A stretch of 64,000 nt of DNA, taken from the NCBI GenBank assembly GCA_038087875.1, contig CM075998.1:3598001-3662000 (forward strand), given 5' to 3'. The position numbers and the translations under genes are program-made. Source of the DNA: Malacoraja senta. Its lineage: Eukaryota. Positions 40,478-51,217 of the stretch are shown here, piece by piece (the stretch's first letter is position 1; the number at the start of each line of letters is the position of its first letter). The notes under the pieces were generated by a model. The model was not told where the DNA came from and did not search any database. It saw only the letters and a list, made by a program, of their open reading frames with translations.

Positions 40478-40930
40478 TTTACTTACTGCCTATTCAACCT
40501 CCTGGCATGTAGGGCAGCAATGAAGGTCCTCCACTCCTGTCTGTTCCGGGCTAGCTTCTGGACACTACCCCAGGTCAGGTCCATTGTCCCTTTCCCTGCC
40601 GGTGTCCAGTGCAGGGCTATTCTTGGGATGCTGTCTGGTTCTCTTCATCCCAGCATCTGCCGATAGCCCTGGAAGTCCATCACGCCCAGTAGTGTTGATT
40701 CCTTCAGTTGCTGTTTCCGTAACATATTGTTTTACGAGACAGGGTTGTTAGCCCTGTGCTCAACCTCCAGCCTGGAGGACCAATGGATCGCTCTTCGTCT
40801 CGCCTCTACCCTTCCACCTGTCCAGCATGGGAGACCCTAACAGGAGACGAATCTCCCGCTGGCATAGCTCTGGGGGTCACTGAGACACACAAGCTCCCCG
40901 ACCACGACAAGGTTGCAATCTAACCGGGAG
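40478..40930 (-). mobile_element. Bipartite non-autonomous RTE-clade retroposon, copy 1
   Basis: 12-bp TSD ATAGATACCAGA (40466-40477, 40931-40942), (AGTA)n tail, RTE-like 5' motifs CCTTGTCGTGG and GGGCTAACAAC. Has a ~60-bp internal deletion relative to copy 2. Confidence 0.8.
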
Positions 40931-40998
40931 ATAGATACCAGAGAACACAGACAAAAGACAATTGGTAAAAGGTGGGAATGTGTTAGAATCCTTGTTAA

Positions 40999-41787
40999 AG
41001 GGGCTGTCCCACTTGGGCGACCTAATCTGCGAGTTTAGACGAGTTTGCCCTCGACTCAAACACGCAGCAGGGTCGACATGTGGTCCTAGGAGGTCCCATG
41101 AGGTCACTGGAACTCTCCCTCATGCTCGAGGGAAGTTCCCGCATACTCGCGGCCTCAGCTAGGTCGCGGAAAAATTTTCAGCATGTTGAAAAATTATCCG
41201 CGAATAAAAATTGGTCGGCGTGGATCTTTTTAACTCGTAGTGCAGTGGAGTGGGGTCGCTATTTAGTTACAGGCAGTCGAGGGCAGCCGTAGGCAATCTC
41301 CTTCGCTGACTGGGCATTTAATTGGCTCGTTGGAGTTTTCAGGACCAAGGAAAACCGACCGGGTAGGTAAAATGCCCACTAAACTTTATTAGACTTCTTA
41401 AAAGTTTCTCTCCTCCCCCCCTTCTCCTCCCCCCCCTTCTCCTCCCCCCTTCTGCCCCCCCCTTCTCCCCCTCCCCCCTTCTCCCCCTCCCCCCTTCTCT
41501 CCCCCCCCCCGTACACACTCTCTATAGGACTTACCGTACACTGTGCAGCCTTCTTTCCTTCCTCTTCATCGCGGGTCTGAATTTCAGACAGCGCTCCCCC
41601 ACTTTCCCTGGCCCCCGCCTTTGCGATGTGTGTGTGTGTGCGTGTGTGCGGTCGGTCGATCCAGCTCGCGGTTTCAACGCGGACGGTCGATCCAGCTCGA
41701 GGCTTTCCAGGCGAGTGCCCTCGAGCTTGAAGGTCGAAGACGCTCTTCTTAACTCGCCGCTTAGGTCGCCCAAGTGGGACAGCCCCT
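40999..41787. mobile_element. PIF/Harbinger-type MITE (789 bp)
   Basis: Perfect TIRs AGGGGCTGTCCCACTTGGGCGACCTAA, TAA TSD (40996-40998, 41788-41790). Confidence 0.9.
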
Positions 41788-42107
41788 TAACAGATGAAGT
41801 TGTGATTTTCAGAAAACCTTCACCCCAATGCAGGGGGAGAAATAAGAAAGAATTGGATCACAGAAACTGTCATAGAGTGATGCCAGCGTGGAAACAGGCC
41901 CAACTTGCCCACACCGGCCCAACATGTCCCAGCTACACTAGTCCCACCTGCCCACGTTTGGTCCATATCCCTCCAAACCTGTCCTATCCATGTCCCTGTC
42001 TAACTGTGTTTTTTAAACGATGGGATAGTCCCTGTACAGATACATGATAAAGGGAATAACATTTAGTGCATGGTAAAGCCAGTAAAGTCCAATCAAAGAT
42101 AGTCCGA

Positions 42108-42525
42108 AACTACACTTGGAAAACATTAGGCTTGTCTTGGCGGAAAAACCAGATCAATTTCGTAAGACATGGACACCCTTTACTGAATTTTAACAACAAT
42201 AGCATGGTGAAACACAAATTTAAATTTAAATCCGATGCTGGGTTGGGTGAGGGGGTGGGGGGGGGGGGGGGGCAAGGTATACCTCCATCTTTTCTTATTC
42301 CTCTTTCTTTCTGCTGCACTGCTTTGGTAGCTTAGGGGACTTTTTCTCGTTCTTTTCTATTTCACTTTCTCCTTGCTTGCTTTCTCTTTGTTTCCTTTTT
42401 TTCCATTTTTTCAAATTAAGTTATAAGGTTAAAATTGAAGCTGGACAATAATTGTATAATTCTTGATGCCGAGCGTTTGATCTTTGTACAACTGCTTCTA
42501 ATAAAAATAAAAAAATAAAAAATAA
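42108..42525 (+). mobile_element. L1-like 3' end insertion
   Basis: LHLENIRL...FRKTWTP remnant, A-rich tail, 13-bp TSD AAAGATAGTCCGA. Confidence 0.78.
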
Positions 42526-42859
42526 AAAGATAGTCCGAGGGTCCCAATGCAGTAGACAGTGGTTCAGGGCGGCTCTCCAGTTGTTCTGTGAAAGGCTCTC
42601 TCTGAGACCCTATTTTTTTTAAATACTCTTTTTAAAGGATATACTTTGATAAACAAAAAGCTCCCCTTCCCCACACGAAGGCTGCGTCCCAATGAGTACA
42701 AGTGTTGGGAGGAGGGGTGGGGGTTTCAGAGTTCAGTGAAAGCAGTGTCCATGCAGGTCTAACTTCAAACACTGATCTATTGGATTCTGGGGCTGCAGGA
42801 TCTGTTGTTGGATCATTCATGGAATCTTTGAGGATTAGCTTGCGGCAGCAGACAGAAGA

Positions 42860-44580
42860 TTGAATTGAATTGAATACATTTCATTAGCCAAGTATGTACA
42901 CATACAAGGAATTTGCCTCGGTGCTCTGCTCGCAAGGATAACACCACGATATACAGTGGACAATTAACAAAAAAAACATTATAATTTAAACATGTGAAGA
43001 ATGAAATAAAATACCAGAGCAAAAGGAGGCTACAGACTTTTGGCTGTTGAGCAGAGCAACTGCTAGTGGAAGAAAACTGTTTTTATGTCTGGTTGTGGCG
43101 GTTTTGACAGTCCGGAGTCGCCTTCCAGAGGGAAGTGATTCAAAGAGTTTGTGACCAGGGTGAGAGTGGTCAGAGATGATCTTACCCGCTCGCTTCCTGG
43201 CCCTTGCAGTGTACAGTTCGTCGATGGGGGGGAAAGGATGCAACCAATAACCTTCTCTGCTGATTCGCTGCAGCCTCCGGATGTCGTGCTTGGTGGCTGA
43301 GCCAAACCAGACCATGATGGCGAAGGTGAGGACAGACTCTACAATGGCAGTAAAAAACTGGACCATCATTGCCTGTGGGAGATTGTGTTTTCCCAGCTGC
43401 CGTAGGAAGTACATCCTCTGTTGTGCCTTTTTGACTGTGGAGTTGATGATGGCTTCTCATTTAAGGTCACTGGAGATGATATTTCCAAGGATTAAAAGAC
43501 TCCACAGATGTGACTGTGGTGTTGTTGATGGTGAGTGGGGGGAGGGGAGGGGGAGCTCTCCTAAAGTCTGCTATCAATTCCACTGTCTTAAAAGCATTGA
43601 GCACCAGGTTGTTGCGATGGCACCAGGACGCCAACTGTGACACTTCCTGTCTGTAGGCAGATTCCTCCCCATCCTGGATCAGTCCAATCAGGGTTGTGTC
43701 GTCCGTAAACTTGAGAAGCTTGACAGAGGAGTCCGTGGAGGTGCAGTCGTTGGTGTAGAGAGAGTAAAGGAGAGGGGAGAGTACGTAGCCTTGCGGTGCT
43801 CCTATGCTGAGCGTTTGCGGGTCCGAGATGTGCTTTCCCAGCCTCACAAGCTGCTTCCTGTCTGTGAGGAAGCTGGTGATCCACCGACAGAGGGGTTCTT
43901 ATAGAATATAATAGAATATAGAATAGAATAGATATAAGTCTTATAGAAACTTACAAAATTCTTAAGGGGTTGGACAGGCTAGATGCAGGAAGATTGTTCC
44001 CGATGTTGGGGAAGTCCAGGACAAGGGGTCACAGTTTAAGGATTAAGGGGAAATCCTTTAGGACCGAGATGAGAAAAACATTTTTCACACAGAGAGTGGT
44101 GAATCTGTGGAATTCTCTGCCACAGAAGGTAGTTGAGGCCAGTTCATTGGCTATATTTAAGAGGGAGTTAGATGTGGCCCTTGTGGCTAAAGGGATCAGG
44201 GGGTATGGAGAGAAGGCAGGTACAGGATACTGAGTTGGATGATCAGCCATGATCATATTGAATGGCGGTGCAGGCTCGAAGGGCCGAATGGCCTACTCCT
44301 GCACCTATTGTCTATGTTTCTATGTTTCTATGACAGAGGGGTTCAGGCACAGTCAACTCGGAAAGTTTGGAGTGTAGTAGCTCTGGCACAATGGTGTTGA
44401 ATGAAGAGCTAAAATCCACAAACAAAATCCTCGCATAGGTCCCCTGACGGTCTAGATGATGGAGGATGAAGTGCAGGCCTACGTTGACTGCGTCATCCAC
44501 AGATCTGTTGGCCCGGTATGCAAACTGAAAAGGGGTCCAGCAGAGGGTTTGTGATATTTTTCAGGTGGGCCAGCTACAAG
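42860..44580 (-). mobile_element. Rex1/Babar-clade LINE fragment (RT), interrupted by CR1
   Basis: ARILFVDFSSSFNTI, GAPQGYVLSPLLYSLYTNDC, KFTDDTTLIGLI, QRMYFLRQL motifs. Confidence 0.85.
43899..44331 (+). mobile_element. 5'-truncated CR1 inserted into a Rex1/Babar LINE
   Basis: 13-bp TSD GACAGAGGGGTTC (43886-43898, 44332-44344). Confidence 0.9.
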
Positions 44581-45051
44581 TCTTTCAAGGGTCATCCACT
44601 CCCAGCACACGAGGGGCAATTTTACAGAGGCCAATTAACCTACAAACCCGCACGTCTTTTGGATGTGGGAGGAAACCCTCCTGGTCACAGGGAGAGATGC
44701 ATACTCCACACAGACAGCACCCAAGGTCAGGGTCAAACCCGGGTCTCTGCCGCTGGGAGGCAGCGCAACTGTGCCGCCCTGTTTGTCCTGCTGATCAACA
44801 GAACTGAGTGAAGGAGGCAAAATTCAAAGATCTCATGAAAATTGATGGTCACCCCGTTCAAAAAACTCAATCAGATTGGTGAGACACCATTTCCCATGCA
44901 CAAAGCCATGCTGACTATCCCTCATCAGTCCTTGCCTTTCCAAATGCATATTGATCCTGTCCCTCAGTACACTCTCCAATAACTTACCCACCACTGATAT
45001 GACGAACTCAGCAGGACAGGCAGCATCTGTGGAGGGAATAGACAGATGATG

Positions 45052-46043
45052 TCCATATATATTAATGATTTGGAAGAGGGAATTAGGAGCAACACTAGCA
45101 AGTTTGCAGATGACACAAAGCTGGGTGGCAGTGTGAACTGTGAAGAGGATGTTAGGAGGTTGCAGGGTGTACCTGGACAGGTTGAGTGAGTGGGCAGATG
45201 CGTGGCAGATGCAGTATAATATAGATAAATGTGAGGTTATCCACTTTGGCGGCAAAAACAATGGGGCGGATTATTATCTCAATGGGGTTAGGTTAGGCAA
45301 GGGGGAGGTGCAGCGAGACCTGGGCGTCCTTGTACACCGGTCACTGAAAGTTGGCTTACAGGTACAGCAGGCAGTGAAGAAAGCTAATGGAATGTTGGCC
45401 TTCATAACAAGAGGATTTCAGTATAGGAGTAAAGAGGTTCTTCTGCAGTTGTATAGGGCTCTGGTGAGACCACATCTGGAGTATTGTGTACAGTTTTGGT
45501 CTCCTAATTTGAGGAAGGACATCTTTGTGATTGAGGCAGTGCAGCGTAGGATCACGAGATTGATCCCTGGGATGGCGGGGCTGTCATATGAGGAAAGATT
45601 GAAAAGACTAGGCTTGTATTCACTGGAGTTTAGAAGGATGAGGGGATATCTTATAGAAACATATAAAATTATAAAAGGACTGGACAAGCTAGATGCAGGA
45701 AAAATGTTCCCAATGTTGGGCGAGTCCAGAACCAGGGGCCATAGTCTTAGAATAAAAGGGAGGTCATTTAAGACTGAGGTGAGAAAAAACGTTTTCACCC
45801 AGAGAGTTGTGAATTTATGGAATTCCCTGCCACAGAGGGCAGTGGAGGCCAAGTCACTGGATGGATTTAAGAGAGAGTTAGATAGAGCTCTAGGGGCTAG
45901 TGGAGTCAAGGAATATGGGGAGAAGGCAGGCACGGGTTATTGATAGGGGACGATCAGCCACGATCATAATGAATGGCGGTGCTGGCTCGAAGGGCCGAAT
46001 GGCCTCCTCATGCACCTATTTTCTATGTTTCTATGTTTCTATG
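45052..46043 (+). mobile_element. CR1-clade LINE (HER1-like), 5'-truncated; intact 3' part of ORF2
   Basis: SKFADDTKLGG and [19 protein letters not shown]...QRVVNLWNSLP, with a (TTCTATGT)n tail. Further CR1 pieces at about 1355-1818, 4362-5935, 15530-16136, 17940-18710, 19075-20450, 23488-24157, 35709-37090, 39546-40295, 60543-61144. Confidence 0.92.
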
Positions 46044-49000
46044 TTTCGGATCAGGACTGAGACTGGTTCAGGCTGAGAATGATCAGTCTGAAGAAGGGTC
46101 CCGACCCAAAATGTCATCAGTCCACTCCCTCCACAGATGCTGCCTGACCCGCGTTGTTCCTCCAGCATTATTTCTATTCTCGAGGCCCTGCTTTATAATC
46201 TTCTACCTAATTAACTCTCTATATTCACTCCACAGGACATCCTCCTTTTTTAGTTTAGTTTAGTTTATAGATACAGCGCAGAAACAGGCCCTTCAGCCCA
46301 CCGAGTCCATGCCGACCAGTGATTCCCGTATACTAAGCACCATCCTACACCCTAACAATTTACAATTTTTACCAAAGTCAATTAACCTACAAACCTTCAC
46401 GTCTTTGGTCTGTGGGAGGAAACCTGAGCTCCCGGAGAAAACCTACGCGGGAATGGGGAGAACGTACAAATTTCGCAAAGACAGCACCCCTAGTCAGGAT
46501 TGAACCTGGGTCTCTGGCGCTGTGAGGCAGCAACTCCACCGCTGCGCCACCCTTTTTCTACCTATATCTATTTTTTTTCTTTCAAAATAGACTTTATTCA
46601 AGTAATAAATATATACAATACAGGAACCGTGCAAAAAATTCATCCGACCTTCTCAGAGGCTATACAAACATTCACTACTGTTTATTCACATTACCCAAAT
46701 TACACAAATTTCTCCCCCACCCTTGCCACTGGCGTGGAATCCCTTCCCTTATTGTGAGGGGCGTCTCCACCACACCCTGCCCCCCATGTCCAGCAGCGGA
46801 AGGAGCCTAGACTGTGGTCCTCCCCCACCGAGCCTTGGCGTTGGTTGCACCGAGCTTCACTGCGTCCCTCAGTCAGCACGTACTCCTGCAGTCTGCAGCG
46901 GGCCAGTCTACCTATGTCGTATTAGAGGATACGCTGATCAGGGGTAACGGATGCAATTATTGCAGTGGTGCCAATGTTGAGCCATGGCGGGACTTCTTCT
47001 TGTTGTCACTGAACCTCTCATGGTGGAGACACCAATAAATGGCCTCTAATGGAACAAAGGGGAGGCCATTTTAGACTGAGGTGAGAAAAAACTCTTTCAC
47101 CCAGAGAGTTGTGAATTTGTGGAATTCCCTGCCACAGAGGGGCAGTGGAGGCCAAGTCACTGGATGGATTTAAGAGAGAGTTAGATAGAGCTCTAGGGGC
47201 TAGTGGAATCAAGGTATATGGGGAGAAGAGCAGGCATGGGTTATTGATTGGGGACGATCAGCCATGATCACACGTGGAGGCTGCAGCGAATCATCCGATC
47301 AGCTGAGAAGGTTATTGGCTGCAATCTTCCCTCCATTGATGAACTGTACACTGCAAGGGCCAGGAAGCGAGCGGACAAGATCATCTCTGACCCCTCTCAC
47401 CATGGCCACAAACTCTTTGAATCACTTCCCTCTGGAAGGCGACTCCGGACTGTCAAAGCTGCCACAGCCAGACATAAAAACAGTTTTTATCCACGAGTAG
47501 TTGCTCTACTCAACAGCCAAAAATTTGTAGCCTCCCTTTGATCTGGTATTTTGTTGGTTCACATGCTTGATCAATGGTGTTTTATCATGAATGTTTTATT
47601 ATTATTAATGTTTAGTGTTTTCTGAGTCCGTATAAACTTCAAGATCCTCCTCCATGTCTACAAAGCCCTCAATGGGCTTGCCCCCACCTACATAAAAAGT
47701 CTTCTCACCCACCACTCCACCTCCAGGCCCCTCAGATCGGCCGACTTGGGGTTGCTGAATATCCCACGGTCTAGGCATAAGTTCAGGGGCAACCGCGCCT
47801 TTGCGGTTGTAGCCACCTAGACTGTGGAACAGCATCCCCCTTCCCATCAGAACTGCCCCCTCCATCGACTCTTTTAAGTCAAGACTAAAGACATCTATAC
47901 TCCCAAGCCTTTCCTGACGTCCTCTGAGTGAGGGCTACATGTATATATGCATGTAGTTTGTTTGTTTATGCTATTCTTATAACAAATGTAAAGCACTTTG
48001 GTCAACGAGAGTTGTTTTTTAAATGTGCTATATAAATAAATGTGGCTTGACTTGACTTGACTCCTCTTCAATCTTTCTGTCTCACACGTTATGCTTTGAT
48101 CTCTGGCCTCTGTTCCAACCATCTTCCTATCAACCCCCCCCCCCCATGTCTACATATCACCCACTATGTATTGTTCTGCCCCTCCCCTTTTCCCCTTGGG
48201 TCTGAAGAAGGGACTCGACCCAAAACGCCACCAATTCCTTTTCTCCACAGATGCTGCCTGACCCACTGCGTTACGCCAGCATTTTCTGCCTCTTTTTCTC
48301 CACTAAAAGGAGCTGCCAGTTGCTGAGCTGGCAGTGGGCCACGTGCAAAGTATCCGGTGATTTTGAGCAGTTTTCAGAATGCACAGTCAGCCTCCAGAGT
48401 ATTCTTCAGCAGACTGCAGCGGCTTTAACCCACTCAGCAATGGAGTCATCGTTGCTCCGATTGCATCTCGGCCTGGTTCGGCAACTCAAACGCCCAGGAA
48501 CAAAGGAGATTACAGAGAGTGGTACACACCGCCCAGTCCATCACGGGCACTGACCTCCCCACCGTCGAACGGATCTACAGGAGGCGCTGCATCAAAAAGG
48601 CAGCCAGCATCATCAGAGACACACACCACCCTGGCCACGCTCTCATTTCACTCCTGGGCCAGCTGTGGAGTTTTGGCCTGGGCCACGCGACATATTAATG
48701 ATTCCCGCTTGGCAGTGAATCTTCCATCACAAGCACATTGTAGGCAGTTTTGGCCCCATATCTGCGCAAGGATGTGCTGGCTTTGCAGAGGTTCCAGAGA
48801 TTTCCAAAAATGGTCCCATATGATGAGCGTTTGATGGCACTGGGCCTGTACTTTCTGGAGTTTAGAAGGATGAGGGGGTGACCTCATTGAAACTTACCGA
48901 ATAGTGTAAAGTCTGGATAGAGTGGATGTGGAGAGGATTTTTCCACTGGTGGGAGAGTCTAGGACCAGAGGCCACAGCCTCAGAGTTAAAGGACGTACAT

Positions 49001-49772
49001 TTAGAAAGGAGATGAGGAGGAATTTCTTTAGTCAGAGGGTAGTGAATCTGTGGAATTCATTGCCACAGTTGGCTGTGGAGGCCAAATCATTAGATATTTT
49101 TATGGTGCAGATTGACAGATTCTTGATTAGTACGGGTGTCAGGGGTTACGGGGAGAAGGCAGGAGAATGGGGTTGAGAGGGAAAGATAGATCAACCATGA
49201 CTTGATGGGCCGAATGGCCCAATTCTGCTCCGAGAACCTATGATCCACTGGAGTGTTATTCCCGTAGACCCATTGAAGTGAATGTTAAGAGGGATCCTTA
49301 AAGGAACGTTTGGTCCAATGCTGCCTTGATGTGAAGAGACTACACTCTCATCTCACTTCAGCTCTGGGGCTCCAGGTTTGGATTAGGGCTGTGATGAGAT
49401 CTGAAGAAAAGTGGTGCGGGCAAAATCCATATGAGAGATGAAGTGCTTCTTGGCAGCATCGTGGAAACAATCTCCCCTCACGTTGCTGATGATGGAGCGC
49501 AGACTGATTGGGTAGTAATTGTCCAAGTTTGGTTGATTGAAGTCTGAAGAAGGGACGGGACCCGAAACGTCACCCATTCCTTCTCTCCAGAGATGCTGCC
49601 CGTCCCGCTGAGTTACTCCAGCTTTTGGTGGAGTCTACCTTTGGTTGATTGATTGATTGGTTGATACCTTATTATCACATGCAACATGTCACAGCAAAAT
49701 GCCCTTTGTTTTGCACCGTACGCAAGGTACGGAGAGAGTCTCCACGTATAGGGCACCAACAAAGTTACAACA

Positions 49773-50410
49773 TCTATATAATTAAAAGTCTCATCTTGAC
49801 CACTTCCTGTTTGCACTGTGCTTTGATTTTAGAAAAAAACGCTACCACATACGGCTGTCATTTTTTGGCCATCTTACTCAGAGTCCTCCTCCGCTGCGCA
49901 GGCCCGGAGGATTTTTCCCATCGATGAAAAATAAAAGAGTTATTAGTGTTTAAAAAATCTTGAGATTCTCTCTCCTGTCAATCACCGCCATGAAGGCCAC
50001 GCCCCTTCCGGTGGGAGGGGGAAAGGACTATAAAACCCGGAAGTGTGGGCATGGCTCAGTCTGTCTGCAAGATGGCGAGGGAGAGGTCATGACTCTCTGT
50101 CAGAGCTGGGAAACTACAGAACACTGTGAGTATGCAATGTACTTGAATAAATGATTTGTTACCCCTTAATGAAAATGAAATGAGTTGTTTGGCCTGCCCT
50201 GTACTTGAAACTGCAGTGGCAATGGAAATTAAGTGAAAATGTTTGGCTTGAGCCTGCCCTGTGCTTGAAAGTGCAATGGCAATGGAAATGAAGTGAAAAT
50301 GCAATGAGCTGTTTGGCTTGAGCCTGCCCTGTGCTTGAAAGTGCAATGGCAATGGAAATTAAGTGAAAATGCAATGAGCTGTTTGACTTGAGCCTGCCCT
50401 GTGCTTGAAC
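49773..50410 (+). mobile_element. Non-autonomous Helitron, 5' portion with internal 60-70 bp tandem repeats
   Basis: A|TCTATATAATTAAAAGTCTC start; the first ~350 bp is homologous to the 54837-55412 copy. CCTGCCCTGT recurs at 50193, 50253, 50323, 50393. Confidence 0.75.
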
Positions 50411-50460
50411 ACTGTATACAGTGCATTGGGTATGCAAGCAAATAATCTCACTGTAAGTAC

Positions 50461-50969
50461 TTACTTACTTACTGCCTATTCAGCCTCCTGGCATGTAGGG
50501 CAGCAATGAAGGTCCTCCACTCCTGTCTGTTCTGGGCTAGCTTCTGGACACTACCCCAGGTCAGGTCCATTGTTTTCATTTCCTCCTCTACAGTTCGACG
50601 CCAGGTGGTTTTGGGTCTCCCTCTTTTCCTTTTCCCTTCCGGTGTCCAGTGCAGGGCTATTCTTAGGATGCTGTCTGGTTCTCTTCATCCTAGCATCTGT
50701 CGATAGCCCTGGGTCCATCACGCCCAGTAGTGTCGATTCCTTCAGTTGCTGTTTCCATGACATATGTGTTTTACGAGACAGGGTTGTTAGCCCTGTGCTC
50801 AACCTCCAACCTGGAGGACCAGTGGATCGCTCTTCATCTCGCCTCTACCCCTCGACCTGTCCAGCATGGGAGACCCTAACAGGAGACGAATCTCCCGCTG
50901 GCATAGCTCTAGGGGTCACTGAGACACACAAGCTCCCCGACCACGACAAGGTTGCAATCTAACGGGGAG
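50461..50969 (-). mobile_element. Bipartite non-autonomous RTE-clade retroposon, copy 2
   Basis: 13-bp TSD TCACTGTAAGTAC (50448-50460, 50970-50982). The 3' part encodes the RTE C-terminal motif PEGKRKRGRPKTTWRRTV. (AGTA)n tail. Confidence 0.85.
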
Positions 50970-51071
50970 TCACTGTAAGTACACATGAAGTATTCCATAC
51001 CATTCCATTCCAATTCTCCACCCCACCACACGCCACCCCCACCCCGTCCCACCCTGACCCACCCCACTCTG

Positions 51072-51217
51072 CTTCTTCTTCTTCTTCTTGCGTACGGCGT
51101 GCACAGCCTAAAGTTGCAAGTCACCTTGTTCTATTTGATCTATTTGTTTGTGCACGTCGGGTTGATTGCATTAGTCGAAACATGGTGGATCACGTGAAGG
51201 TTGCAATCTTCCACCCC
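51072..51217 (-). mobile_element. 146-bp non-autonomous retroposon with HDV-like ribozyme head and (AAG)n tail
   Basis: The minus strand reads ribozyme fold (51217-51164), then an 8-bp stem CGUGCACA/UGUGCACG, then (AAG)6. Possible imperfect TSD cccactctg/cccaccctg in low-complexity flanks. Confidence 0.75.
51164..51217 (-). ncRNA. Minimal HDV-like self-cleaving ribozyme fold (this copy has 2 stem mismatches)
   Basis: GGGGUGG-AA-GAUUGCA-ACC-UUCACGU-GAU-CCACCAU-G-UUUCGA-CUAA-UGCAAUC maps to P1/J1-2/P2/P3/L3/P3'/P1'/P1.1/P4/J4-2/P2'. Confidence 0.75.

Noticed and set aside
45140..45943. 267-aa ORF as a host gene
   Set aside because: It is the C-terminal part of CR1 ORF2 in a 5'-truncated copy.
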